Source of the DNA: a virus
Virus record (IMG/VR): IMGVR_UViG_3300049137_000157
Location: 96,001 to 160,000 of that record
Direction: 5' to 3' (one strand)
Length of the DNA stretch: 64,000 bases
This document shows positions 8,880 to 19,047 of this stretch, in pieces; the first letter of the stretch is position 1, and each line of letters starts with the position of its first letter. A model generated the notes under the pieces. The model did no database searches. It had not been told where the DNA came from and saw only the letters and a program-made list of their open reading frames with translations. A program made the position numbers and the translations under genes.

Positions 8880-11800
8880 TCAGATGTTGGATCCACCGGC
8901 AAAGCAGAAGATTTCCATGCGAGTGGTCGCGAGAGAAGATTTCACGGAGAAGGACGTCTCGTCTCGCTTGAGAACCAAACAGGTGGCGGCGTCCGTGTTG
9001 GTGGTGGAGGTTCCACTGAGAACCGTAGGCTGGCAGATCGGATAGTAAAGCCAGTTCGGAGATCCCCAAGTGACGGTCCACATGTTCCAGCTTCCGCTGG
9101 CTGCTGCGTAGTTGATTCCACGGAACATGTCGTTGGACCTGTTGGTGGTTTCCATCAGTCCGCAAATCTGGAGACGTGCGTCGGAGGTCCTCCAGATGAT
9201 TCCTTGCGCGTTCTGCGTATTGGCACCCCAGTTTCGCTTCATGAAGCTGCCCGTAATTCCGTAGGCGAGCTGAATGTCCACCCTTCCGGTGTCGTTCACA
9301 AGCCTTTCAGGTCCAGCCATGACGAAACCGTTCGGATCCCAGCCTCCACTACCTGCGGGGTCAGTCAGGAAAATCTTGGGAGGTGCCGAAATGTTCTGTG
9401 AAGGGTTCGGTATGAAACGCATACCGGCCTGATTCACATAGTTGGCATTGTTCGTTATCTCGACACTGGAAACACCATCGGCACTCTTCATCATGTAATA
9501 CGAAGAGTCGATCCGGTGTCGCGCCTGAAGAGCGTTCACGTCGATCTTGTCGGCGGTCACCGCGTCCGCCGCCAGTAGCGGAGTGCGGATCTGGCCGTCT
9601 CCGATGTTGATCGAGGTCTCCTGCCAGATCTCGATCTGGTTGAGGGTGACGGTCACCCCAGAGAAGGATGCGCTGCCGGAGAGAACGACGACCGGCTGCA
9701 TGGCCGCCACGTTGAGCACGTTTGGCAGCAGGCCCTGACCTGCCGTCTCGTAGGTGAAGGTGCCGTTGCCCGTGAGGGTCGTGACCGGAATGAGGAAGGG
9801 AGGGCTTCCGCCTTGAGCTGAGCCGTCTCGGAGATACTGATACGCCTGCACGGCCATGATGAGGGATCCGGAAGGCGTAGTCGGGTATCCCGACACGGTG
9901 ACTTGAAGCCGAGCCTTGTATCCGCCGTTCAGAGGATCCCCGGTGTACTGAGGGCGTCGGTAGATCGGCCACGCCCTCTCCGGTGACGGCAGAATCATCG
10001 TCGGGCGGACGGCGTAGTTCAGAATCGGCATCAACGTGGTGTTGAGCAACGGGAAGACCGAGGTGATCTGGGCGGCCCCGCTGAAGGTACACACCGGTCG
10101 CATGCTCGCGTTGTAGGACCATGTCGCGTTCGTCGTGGAAGCTGTCGCAGCCTGAAGACGGTGCGCCCTCAGGTCGGACGACGTGAACATGGGGTCGACA
10201 AGCATGTTCCCGGCATTGCCCACAGACAGACTGTCAACGGACAGGCTGTGGGCCTTGATCTGCTCCGACGTCAGCGTGCCGGACACTACGTTGTTCGCCG
10301 TGATGGTATTGGCTTCGAGATCCGGGCCCTTCACGCCCTGCACGGCGACGGACGTCACGGCGGAAGGGCCGGTCGTTATCGCCGCACTGTTGCGGACCCA
10401 GAAGCGAACGTAGACGGTTTCGCCGACCGACCACGTAAGAGCGCCGTTCTGCCCGGATACGATCACCGAGGATTGCGGAGTGAAGATGTCACCCACGTGA
10501 TACCAGGTGTTCTGGTCCTTCGAGACCTCTATCTGGACTTCCTGGAACTGGGCGGGATACTCCTCACCTTCGTTGTCCGTGCCGTCCCAGGTCACCTGGA
10601 GAGTCGAGAGCTTCGATGTGACGATCGGAGCGGACGGAACCGGCAGACCTTCCTGGGGGTAGGACATCGTCGCGCTGATCGGATCCGACCAGTCCGAGCC
10701 CCTGCCGCTGTCCCGGATGGCCTGGACGTAGAAGTTGTACAGGTAGCCGGAGTCGAGGTCGTTCACGAAAGCGTGCAACCGCTGCTGGGACGGGGAGTTC
10801 GGCTGGTTCACCTGCACACTGCGCCCCTGGACGAAGGTCCAGTCGCTGCGGACCGCCATCACGTTGTACCGGTCTACAGTGATCTCTTCGCCTTCAATGT
10901 CCTGGGTGACCACGTCGAACGCGACGTCCGCCCGGGAGACCGGCCGCCCATCGGCCGCGAAGTACGGAGCCTGGGTGACCGCCAGGTTCGTCGGAACCTT
11001 CGGCTTCTCGAAGTTGTTCGGCGGAGCGGGCTGGGGTCGTCCGTTGCCGCCGGTTCCGCCACCGCCGACCGGGCCCCCGCCACCGGAGATTCGGTTGATC
11101 CAGCGCTGCGCCTGAAGGTCCCGGTCGAGGAACCTGTCGTTCAGGGTAAGGGCGATGTTCACTCCGTACGGGGCCGAGCCGGAGAGAGTGATTTGGTAGA
11201 TCCGCATGGCCGACTTCTGGCTTCCGAGGTCGTCGCGACCTCGGATCATGTCCCCTTGCCGGTAGTCCACCAGGGGGACCGGAGCCCCTTCGGTCCAGGC
11301 GAAATTCTTCGTGAACTGGGCTCGGGACTTGTATCGGGCACTCAAGAGGTGAGTGGCGAGCATGCTCAGGGTCGAGGTGTTGGTGACACCCTGAGCTTCA
11401 ATGGCCTCGTCCCACTTGCCCCAGGGAAGCTCGGCGGTTGCCGGTGCGGAGAGGGACACGGAGATCTTCTCGTCGCCGACCATGAGGAGTCGCCCGGCGG
11501 CATCCTCCAGTGATCGCTCTACCGGCTCCTCGGTCATCGCGAGCAGGGAGTGGACGATGACCCCGTTGTCATTGTCGAGGTCTCTGCGCAGGTAGGTGTT
11601 GGGATTGAAAACCCGGAGCTGACGCTTGTCGAAGATCCAGTCGATCAGTCCCTGGCGACTGAACTGGTCCGTGATCGCCCAGGCGTCCTGGCCAAGATCG
11701 AAATCCCCTTCGATCTTGTTCGCCCACGCAGCGTTGTTCGAGTCCTGTGTCGTGGTGAAATCCCAGGTCAGTCCGTTGAGGTTGTCTCGGCCCTTGGTCT

Positions 11801-12233
11801 CGTTCAACAGTTCCGTCAGGACGACTCCCGGAGAGACCTCCGGAAATCGGATGACCTTGTCCTTCTTGTTCCATCGGGAGATGTTCTTGGACATGAACCG
11901 AGCCTTCTTCAGCATCCACCCGTAGGACGGCATGGTGAAGGAGAGCGTCCTCGGTCGCTGCGCAAGATCCACGGATCGCTTGACGTTGATGAACCGGCAG
12001 CCCGGGTATTCCGCGAAGGTCCCTGTGCGGGGATTGGCTATCTCCAATGCCACTTCGCACGGGTTCTTCAGCAGGTCCGCGATGCCAGACACGTCCGGGT
12101 AAGTCATCGTCAGTGACGAGTTGTCGTTGAGCGGCAGGCCAGCTTCCCACGACAACGGGTGGGGCAGGATCCCCAGAGATGCTCCGTCCGGCTGATAGAC
12201 CCGGAATCGGACCACCAGGTTGTTGCCCGCCAC
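8880..12233 (-). CDS. Minor tail protein (tail-tip hub/central fibre, FN3-like domains)
   Basis: 1117 aa after the Dit-like gene; Gly/Pro linker, FN3-like YNFYVQA..SDWS, and ITANNVVSGTLT/AVTADKI repeats typical of siphophage central tail fibres. Confidence 0.8.
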   Translation of the reverse strand: MAGNNLVVRFRVYQPDGASLGILPHPLSWEAGLPLNDNSSLTMTYPDVSGIADLLKNPCEVALEIANPRTGTFAEYPGCRFINVKRSVDLAQRPRTLSFTMPSYGWMLKKARFMSKNISRWNKKDKVIRFPEVSPGVVLTELLNETKGRDNLNGLTWDFTTTQDSNNAAWANKIEGDFDLGQDAWAITDQFSRQGLIDWIFDKRQLRVFNPNTYLRRDLDNDNGVIVHSLLAMTEEPVERSLEDAAGRLLMVGDEKISVSLSAPATAELPWGKWDEAIEAQGVTNTSTLSMLATHLLSARYKSRAQFTKNFAWTEGAPVPLVDYRQGDMIRGRDDLGSQKSAMRIYQITLSGSAPYGVNIALTLNDRFLDRDLQAQRWINRISGGGGPVGGGGTGGNGRPQPAPPNNFEKPKVPTNLAVTQAPYFAADGRPVSRADVAFDVVTQDIEGEEITVDRYNVMAVRSDWTFVQGRSVQVNQPNSPSQQRLHAFVNDLDSGYLYNFYVQAIRDSGRGSDWSDPISATMSYPQEGLPVPSAPIVTSKLSTLQVTWDGTDNEGEEYPAQFQEVQIEVSKDQNTWYHVGDIFTPQSSVIVSGQNGALTWSVGETVYVRFWVRNSAAITTGPSAVTSVAVQGVKGPDLEANTITANNVVSGTLTSEQIKAHSLSVDSLSVGNAGNMLVDPMFTSSDLRAHRLQAATASTTNATWSYNASMRPVCTFSGAAQITSVFPLLNTTLMPILNYAVRPTMILPSPERAWPIYRRPQYTGDPLNGGYKARLQVTVSGYPTTPSGSLIMAVQAYQYLRDGSAQGGSPPFLIPVTTLTGNGTFTYETAGQGLLPNVLNVAAMQPVVVLSGSASFSGVTVTLNQIEIWQETSINIGDGQIRTPLLAADAVTADKIDVNALQARHRIDSSYYMMKSADGVSSVEITNNANYVNQAGMRFIPNPSQNISAPPKIFLTDPAGSGGWDPNGFVMAGPERLVNDTGRVDIQLAYGITGSFMKRNWGANTQNAQGIIWRTSDARLQICGLMETTNRSNDMFRGINYAAASGSWNMWTVTWGSPNWLYYPICQPTVLSGTSTTNTDAATCLVLKRDETSFSVKSSLATTRMEIFCFAGGSNI

Positions 12234-13076
12234 TTACACCACCGCTTCTCGAACGCGAACCCAGACGCCGTTGTTACTGCCAACGTGATTGATCGTAAAA
12301 GTACCTTGCCTGGCGGCAAACTCGCCCGATGTTCTGGCAGTGAAAGTGAGAGGTCCGTTGCCACGGAATTCCAGGGCTCCGGTCACGTTCGTGCCCGACG
12401 AGAAGTTCCAGTTGGTCATCGCGTCGACCACACGAGCCCTCATGTACTTCGGGTCAATGATCAGATATTTGCCACTGGCGACCGTCGTGTTTCCGTCGCC
12501 CCAGAAGATCGAGGTGTTCGAGGTGTTGTCGGTGAGCTGGAACGTGGTCACCGGGCCTGCGACCATCAACAGCGGATCGGCGATCGGGAGATTCGACGCC
12601 AGGGCGGCAGGCAACGTGTGCGTGCCGTTGAAGTACTGAGTCGTAACCTGCGGACCTCGCCAGGCCCCGCCAGGGATGTTGAAGACAATGGTCGCGTCCA
12701 CCCTGCTCCTCGGGCAGGAGAAGTCGGGAGTGGCCATGGAGACGAGCTGAGCGTCCGCCGTGTACGAGAAGCTGCCGGTGTGCCGGGTGAGCGTGACAGG
12801 CTGATTGGTGCCCATCCCCAGCAATGCCATCAGATCCATCCAGCGTGACTGCAAGTCGTCGGCGTCCACACCCTTCACCCGTATGGCGAGGGACACCGTG
12901 ATCTGCGACAGGGGGTCGTTCCACAGGGGCAGGGCGTAGTGGGTGTTCGGCACCTCCAGCACCGCACGGCGCGGCGCGAGGGCCGGGGCATACTCCGTCC
13001 CCTGAAGCAGATAGGTGCCCGGGTCGACGGCCTTGCCGCCGATCGGATACCCGTTTATCTCGTACCAGGTAGACAC
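12234..13076 (-). CDS. Distal tail (Dit-like) minor tail protein
   Basis: 280 aa immediately downstream of the tape measure gene. Confidence 0.7.
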   Translation of the reverse strand: MSTWYEINGYPIGGKAVDPGTYLLQGTEYAPALAPRRAVLEVPNTHYALPLWNDPLSQITVSLAIRVKGVDADDLQSRWMDLMALLGMGTNQPVTLTRHTGSFSYTADAQLVSMATPDFSCPRSRVDATIVFNIPGGAWRGPQVTTQYFNGTHTLPAALASNLPIADPLLMVAGPVTTFQLTDNTSNTSIFWGDGNTTVASGKYLIIDPKYMRARVVDAMTNWNFSSGTNVTGALEFRGNGPLTFTARTSGEFAARQGTFTINHVGSNNGVWVRVREAVV

Positions 13077-13080
13077 CGCG

Positions 13081-16000
13081 TCACCCCGACCCGCTGATCG
13101 TCGCCGCGTAAGCCAAGGACCGGTTGATCGTCGTGGACGTCGGCTCGGCCTGCGGGTACTGGTTGGTGATGTAGAAGGTCGTCGACGGGCCTGCCTGTTG
13201 CATCTGCGGCAGTCCGGCCAGATACGTCGACACCGATTCCGGCGGCATCTCCCGGACGAGGGACCGGGTCATCCGGGTCCCGCCGTCGTCACTGGAGAGG
13301 GTCACCGGGTTGTATTGCGGAGTGGCCGACTCGGACAGGTTGGAGAAGAAGTTCTTCAGCCCGGAGCCGCCGCCCCGGTTGATCATTTCCAGCAGTGCGC
13401 CGTACCGCTTCGCCGAGGCCGCGTTCACGACGAACTCACCGTTGGAGAGCATCATCGGAATCGAGTCGGACCTCGGACCGCCCGGCCCGTAGATCCAGCC
13501 ACCCGTCGCCGCCTGGCCCACCTTGGGCCCCGACGGCGGCTTGTTCTGCTGATAGTAGAAATACCCCACCCGAACCGTAGCGCTCCGCGTCAGGGCGCGC
13601 TGGATGCGCCCACCGGCCGTCTGGGCGGCCTGCACGATGCCGCCGAGCTGGCCCTTGAATGCTGCGACGTTCGCCAGTGTGACGCGGCCCTTCGGGTCGA
13701 GCTGGCCCTTGTTCGCCCGAGCGACCGCGTCCTTCAGGCCCTGGAGCAGTGCTTTGAACTCGTCGTCGTCGAGGTCGCCACTGCCGTCGACGTCGAACTT
13801 GCCGACAGCCTCCTCGCCCATGATCAGCAGGGCCAGGTTCTCCATCTGCTGCCGGTACTTCTCGTCGTGGAGCTGAGCGTCTCCCTTGGGGTTCAGCAGA
13901 CCCTGGCCCTCGGTGCTCGCGAGGAACTGCGTCAGGGCGAGGACCTTGGCCCGGAACTCTTCGTCGCTGAAGGCACCCTTGCCGTCCGCGTCCAGACGGC
14001 GTTCCAGCTTCAGCGCGTCGAGTTCACCGACCAAACGGGTGAGCTGCCAGTGGAAGAGGCGGGCGTCCAGGGTGGCGAGGCCCTTCGCGTCGAGCTTCCC
14101 GGACGCCTTCGCCTCGGCGATGATCTGCTGGAGCTTCCCGATGTCGAGTCGCGCCTTGATCATGTCGATCGCGATCTCGGGGGAGATCTTCAGCTTGTCG
14201 ACGTAGTAGATGTAGCGTTCGACCTCGCGCAGGCTGTTGAATGCCTCGACGTCGTTCGCCGACAGGGTGATCTCGACCTTCGAGTCCTTCAGCTTCCCGA
14301 TGATCTTCTGGTACTGGTCGGACACGTAGGCGAATTCCTCTGCGGTCTCCGCTTTGTTCACCAGGTTGCCGAAGGTGTTGGAGATCGCTGTCCGCATGTT
14401 CAGGCTGGCATTCTCGACCTTGCCCGAGTTCGCGATGATCGAGGTGGCCAGTTCGTTGACAGCGTCAGACCCGATCGCCCGGAGGCGGGGAGCCAGCTCC
14501 TCCATCTCGGCGGCCGACAGATTCGCCAGTTCCTCGACGGCCGGAGCGGCCTCCGGACCCAGCTTGCGGAACTGCTCCGCGATGTCCGGACCGAGGGTCG
14601 AGGCGATACGGATCAGGTTGGTCGACCAGTCCCGCTGCGCCTCTGCAATTTTCTCCAGTTGATCGAGGTACAGGTCCAGGCTGGCGCGTGAGTTCAGGGA
14701 GAACTTCTCGATCGCGTCCTCGGCCCCCGGGAACGCCGCCTCGGCCGCAGCCTTGAAGGCGTCCATCGGGCCGCCGAACCCCTCCAAGGACTTCGACAGC
14801 TCATCGATCACGGCCTTGGCGTCTTCGGCGCTCAGATCAAGATCTTCGAGAGACGCCGTGGTCAGCTTGATGGCCCCCGACGCCGAGCCGATCTCCTTGC
14901 CGGTCGAGCTGTACGCCTCTCCAAGCAGCGAGGCCGCAATCTCGTTCTTGGTGAACTCGCCCTCCTGCGCGATCAGCGTCGTCCGGAGGGCCTCAAGGAA
15001 TCCCTTCAGCCGCTGGGCGGCAGCCGCCTCGTTGCTGAGCTGTTCGGCGAACTCACCCTTCATGCCACCGGGCATGTAGTTGTCCGCCGTGGCGCTGACC
15101 TTGGTGATGGCCGCGTCGAGTTCGTCGAGCGCACCCTGCGGATCGGTCATGGACCGCTTCAGCAGCTCACCCACATTGAGGCCGGACTTGCCGAGCTGGT
15201 CCAGGGCGTCGGCACTGATCTTGCTGCCGTTGGCGAGCTTGGAAGAGCCGACAGCGGCCTCCGCCGTCGACCGGAGCCACGCTGCGGCCTGCTCGCCGAG
15301 AACCATCGTGTTCTCGCTGAGCGCCTGGGTGTTCTTGCGGATGACCCCTTCGGCCTTCTCCCATTCGGCCACGTAACCTGCGGCAGCCCGAGCAGATTCC
15401 CCGGTCCCCTTGGCCTGCTCACGCAGACTGCTGATAGAGGAGTTCGCCGTCTCAATGGCGATCTGCTCCGCCCTCGCACGGGCGATGGCGTTCTCGGCGG
15501 CCTCACGGTCCTTGGTGGAGGCGTTCTCCTTGGAGACCGTCAGGGTGCGATACGCGCCGATGCCCCGGAGAGCCTCGGCGGACCCACTGGCGACGGCAGC
15601 GTTGTACTTCTCCTGGCCTCCGGCCGCCTTGATCGCGGCCTCCGTGTCAGCACGGATTGCGTTGCCCAGCGCTTTCGTGCCGCCGGTCGCCTCAAGAGCT
15701 GCCTTGGAGATCTTCTCGGCCTCGCTCGTGAACAGGCCCATGCTTGCGATGGTCGGGCCGAAAATCAGAGCCAACGTGGTCAGGGCGATGCCCCACGGGC
15801 CGAAGGCGATCGAAGCCGCCCTGGCGGCCATGCCGGTCGCACCGATGGACCCCGCCGCACGACCCGACTGCACGGCAGCCGCCGAGATGGCAGCCGAGGT
15901 GGCGACACTCTGAGTGGCCAGACTCCTCTGTCCAATGGTGGCCTGAGCGGCGGCGGTGGTCTGCTGACGCAGGGAATTGGCCGAGGCGAAGGTGCCCGAC

Positions 16001-18585
16001 ACCAAGGCGGTCTGTCGCTGCGCCACCTGAGTGACAGCCTGACCCTGCTGCCGCAAGGCGTTGCCCGAGGCCGTGGCTCCCGCCGCCAGAACGGCCTGCT
16101 GCTGCGCGACCAAATGAGTGGCCTGCGCCTGGCGTTGGAAAGATCCTCCGGTCAGGGCGACCGCGTTCGTCAGACCCCGGGATGCCGCAGTTGCGACTGC
16201 CGAAGCTGTTGCCTGCTGCATCAAGGCGTTGGTCGCCTGGCTCGTGGCCAGGGCGTAAGCGCGGGCACCTGGAACGGCGGTGACCGTTGCCCGATTCTGG
16301 GCGAGGATGCTGGCGGTGTACCGAGCCGAATTCGTAGCCGCTTGTTGGTTCACCGTCAGGTTCTGCATGTAAGCCGAAGTGGCGACCCGTGTCGCGGCGG
16401 CCACTCGGCCCTGCGCGGCAACCTGAGACGCCATGGCCTGGCTGCTGGCGGTCTGCGCCGTGTTGAGTCGCCCCTGTGCGGCGGCGGCGGCGGGAAGGCC
16501 GTCGCGATAGATCGTCATGGCGTCCCGCATGCGCAGGGTCGTCGTGCCGAGAGTGGCCATCACCTCCCGGGATGCGATGGCGGCAGTGATGGCCTTCGCC
16601 GAGGCGATCCGCCACACCAGCCAGGCCGCAGCGCCCGCCGTTGCGGCCGTGGCGACCGAGCCGAGGATTCCGGCGATCGGACCCAGCTCGCCAACGAACT
16701 CGACAACCTCGGACAGGGCACCCGCAACCGTGCCGACTGCCTGACCGAGCGGTCCGCCCAGAATTGCCAGGGTGTTCTGGAAGGAGTCACCCAGGTTCTG
16801 GATCTCGGCGGCCGTGGTCTCGTAGATACCCTTGGACTGGCGCATCAGCTCGGAGCCCTTGGCGTACTCTTCGTCCGCTCGGCTGAACGACTCCCGGACG
16901 ATGTCGACGTTGTTCGCCAGACGCGAGAACACGTCGATGTCACGGACTGCGTTCACGCCGAGTTCGCGCAGAACACCTTGAACTTCGCCACCAGCTCCGG
17001 CGGCCCGAGACAGACCTTCCACGAACGTCAGGAAGAATCCACCGGGGTCCGTCTTGTACAGCTTCTTGGCCTCCTCGGACGTGATGCCCATGACGGTCGA
17101 GAGTTTGGCCACTTCGGTAGAGCTGCCGTTGACGGCAGTGCTGAGCTGGTTGAAGACACGTGTCAGGGCACCACGTGACAGCTCCGGGCGGACCTGAAGA
17201 GACGCCAGCGCTGCGGAGAGACCGGCCGTCTCCTGCTTGGTCAGTCCGAACAGGTTGGACACCGTGGCGATCGAGCTGTTGATCCGCAGGATCTCCTGGT
17301 CGGTGGCCACCGACGCCGTACCCAGCGCAAGGATTGCCGAGCCGAGCTGTTCCATCTCCGAGATCGGCACGTCCTGCATCTGCGCGATACGGCCGAGCAG
17401 CAGAGTCGCCTCGTCGGCGGACACCCCGGTCGTCAACGAGAAACGGACGATGGTGTCCGTGAAGTTTTCGAGCTGCTGAGTGGAGATGCCGATCTGCGCA
17501 CCGAGCTGACCGATGCGGGACACTTCCTCGAAGGAGATCGGCGCGTTGGCGGCGATGTCCTGGAAGGCCCGCTTCAGCCCCTGTGTCTCTTCTTCTGTGG
17601 CCACGATGACTCGGGCCACCTGGGCGAATGCCTGCTCCTGGGAGATGGCCGCCTGCGCCATCGCCAAAGGCAGATGGGAAATGATCTGGAGCAGCGACAT
17701 GAAGGACTGCTCCAGCTCGCCAACGGACGACCGCATGGCGTAGGACGACCTGGAGTACGAGGCGTTCGCCCCGGTCGCGGTGTTCGTCTGCATGGCCAGT
17801 CGCTGCCGGGACAGGGCCAGCCGTTCATCTTCCTGCGCCAGCCGCTGCGCCGCCTGAGCATGCTTCTCCCGGGCCTGCCGGAGCTTCTCCTCCTGGAGGG
17901 CGAGCTTGGAGGTGGCTTCCAGGGCCTTGAGGCGAGCCAATTCGGCCTTCTGTTCGGCCGCCGCCGCGTTCTGGGTGATCTGGGCCATGGTTCGCTGCAC
18001 TCCTGCGAGCCGGGTGACCACAGCCGCCATCCGCTCGTACAGCGTGATGGTGCGCGAGAGTCGGGCGTACTCCTTCTCGCCCATGCCCTGAACACTCGAC
18101 AGGGCATTGCGTAGCCCCGTGAAGGCTTTCTCCACGCCTTTGGAGGTCTGGCCCATCTTCCCTTGGGCCTGAGAAAGTGTGGAGACAATCGTCGCCAGGT
18201 TCTTGTACAGAGCCATCGTCCGCTGCATCTCGGCGGACTGCGCCCGGGACGTGCCGTTGACCGTCCCCATGATGGTGTTCAGGGCGGTGAGCGCCTGGGC
18301 CATCCGCTTGGACCCGCGCTCGATTTCCTTCTTCTTCTGCGGCAAGTTACTGATGGCAGATGCGTAATTGCCGACCGTGCTGATGAGCGAGTTGTAGACC
18401 GAAAGAGACTTACGCAGTTCCGCAGCGGTCTGCTTTTCGACCTTGGCGACACTGCCCATGACGTTGTTCAGGTTCTGGAATATTCGCTCCATGTGGCCAC
18501 CGGCTTTGGTGATGGCCTGGGAACCCTGAGCAAACGAGCGGAGGTCCAGGTTGATCCGAGCAGTTGCGTCGAACCGCGTGGCCAC
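13081..18585 (-). CDS. Tape measure protein
   Basis: 1834 aa Ala-rich helical protein; TP901-type core and C-terminal ATGGWIYGPGGPRSDSIPMMLSNGEFVV motif. Confidence 0.93.
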   Translation of the reverse strand: MATRFDATARINLDLRSFAQGSQAITKAGGHMERIFQNLNNVMGSVAKVEKQTAAELRKSLSVYNSLISTVGNYASAISNLPQKKKEIERGSKRMAQALTALNTIMGTVNGTSRAQSAEMQRTMALYKNLATIVSTLSQAQGKMGQTSKGVEKAFTGLRNALSSVQGMGEKEYARLSRTITLYERMAAVVTRLAGVQRTMAQITQNAAAAEQKAELARLKALEATSKLALQEEKLRQAREKHAQAAQRLAQEDERLALSRQRLAMQTNTATGANASYSRSSYAMRSSVGELEQSFMSLLQIISHLPLAMAQAAISQEQAFAQVARVIVATEEETQGLKRAFQDIAANAPISFEEVSRIGQLGAQIGISTQQLENFTDTIVRFSLTTGVSADEATLLLGRIAQMQDVPISEMEQLGSAILALGTASVATDQEILRINSSIATVSNLFGLTKQETAGLSAALASLQVRPELSRGALTRVFNQLSTAVNGSSTEVAKLSTVMGITSEEAKKLYKTDPGGFFLTFVEGLSRAAGAGGEVQGVLRELGVNAVRDIDVFSRLANNVDIVRESFSRADEEYAKGSELMRQSKGIYETTAAEIQNLGDSFQNTLAILGGPLGQAVGTVAGALSEVVEFVGELGPIAGILGSVATAATAGAAAWLVWRIASAKAITAAIASREVMATLGTTTLRMRDAMTIYRDGLPAAAAAQGRLNTAQTASSQAMASQVAAQGRVAAATRVATSAYMQNLTVNQQAATNSARYTASILAQNRATVTAVPGARAYALATSQATNALMQQATASAVATAASRGLTNAVALTGGSFQRQAQATHLVAQQQAVLAAGATASGNALRQQGQAVTQVAQRQTALVSGTFASANSLRQQTTAAAQATIGQRSLATQSVATSAAISAAAVQSGRAAGSIGATGMAARAASIAFGPWGIALTTLALIFGPTIASMGLFTSEAEKISKAALEATGGTKALGNAIRADTEAAIKAAGGQEKYNAAVASGSAEALRGIGAYRTLTVSKENASTKDREAAENAIARARAEQIAIETANSSISSLREQAKGTGESARAAAGYVAEWEKAEGVIRKNTQALSENTMVLGEQAAAWLRSTAEAAVGSSKLANGSKISADALDQLGKSGLNVGELLKRSMTDPQGALDELDAAITKVSATADNYMPGGMKGEFAEQLSNEAAAAQRLKGFLEALRTTLIAQEGEFTKNEIAASLLGEAYSSTGKEIGSASGAIKLTTASLEDLDLSAEDAKAVIDELSKSLEGFGGPMDAFKAAAEAAFPGAEDAIEKFSLNSRASLDLYLDQLEKIAEAQRDWSTNLIRIASTLGPDIAEQFRKLGPEAAPAVEELANLSAAEMEELAPRLRAIGSDAVNELATSIIANSGKVENASLNMRTAISNTFGNLVNKAETAEEFAYVSDQYQKIIGKLKDSKVEITLSANDVEAFNSLREVERYIYYVDKLKISPEIAIDMIKARLDIGKLQQIIAEAKASGKLDAKGLATLDARLFHWQLTRLVGELDALKLERRLDADGKGAFSDEEFRAKVLALTQFLASTEGQGLLNPKGDAQLHDEKYRQQMENLALLIMGEEAVGKFDVDGSGDLDDDEFKALLQGLKDAVARANKGQLDPKGRVTLANVAAFKGQLGGIVQAAQTAGGRIQRALTRSATVRVGYFYYQQNKPPSGPKVGQAATGGWIYGPGGPRSDSIPMMLSNGEFVVNAASAKRYGALLEMINRGGGSGLKNFFSNLSESATPQYNPVTLSSDDGGTRMTRSLVREMPPESVSTYLAGLPQMQQAGPSTTFYITNQYPQAEPTSTTINRSLAYAATISGSG

Positions 18586-18594
18586 CTGAACCTC

Positions 18595-19047
18595 CTAATC
18601 CGGCATGTCGTTTTGATATGCGTGCACGCGAGAAGGAAGTCTGTACTCCTCGCCCCACACACTACGGGGATTCACATAGCGAGTCTCGCCCTTCATTCGC
18701 TGACGTCCGCCCCGATTCCTCTCCATGTCCTCCCGGTCGCGCTCAAGTTCTGCGCACCCGTAACAGACCGAGGATTTCATGTCGAAGACGATTTCATTGT
18801 TCGTGGAATGGCCGATCCAGGCCGGAGTCCCACAGCTCTTGCAGGTCTCTTCTTCCAGAATCGTCAGGGCGGTGGCGAGTTTCCGATTCCGCTCGTCCGA
18901 CCAGTCAGACGGCCTCCCGGTCAGCATCTGGAGCGGGGGAATCCCCCAGGCTCTGGCTGTCTTCAGTACGGGCCTCAACCAACTTGACGTCTTCCACGTC
19001 AGAGCCTCCGCCAGGAAACCCGGCATCGAGCTTGCTGGCCCACTCAC
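18595..19047 (-). CDS. Tail assembly chaperone, downstream (T-like) frame
   Basis: Overlaps the upstream chaperone ORF and ends just before the TMP start; GIPPLQML..WS..RKLATA..CKSCG pattern. Confidence 0.7.
   Translation of the reverse strand: MSGPASSMPGFLAEALTWKTSSWLRPVLKTARAWGIPPLQMLTGRPSDWSDERNRKLATALTILEEETCKSCGTPAWIGHSTNNEIVFDMKSSVCYGCAELERDREDMERNRGGRQRMKGETRYVNPRSVWGEEYRLPSRVHAYQNDMPD

Noticed and set aside
15700-16500. Ala/Gln-rich segment of the tape measure gene as a separate repeat element
   Set aside because: Protein-level low complexity typical of TMPs; no clean DNA tandem repeat.
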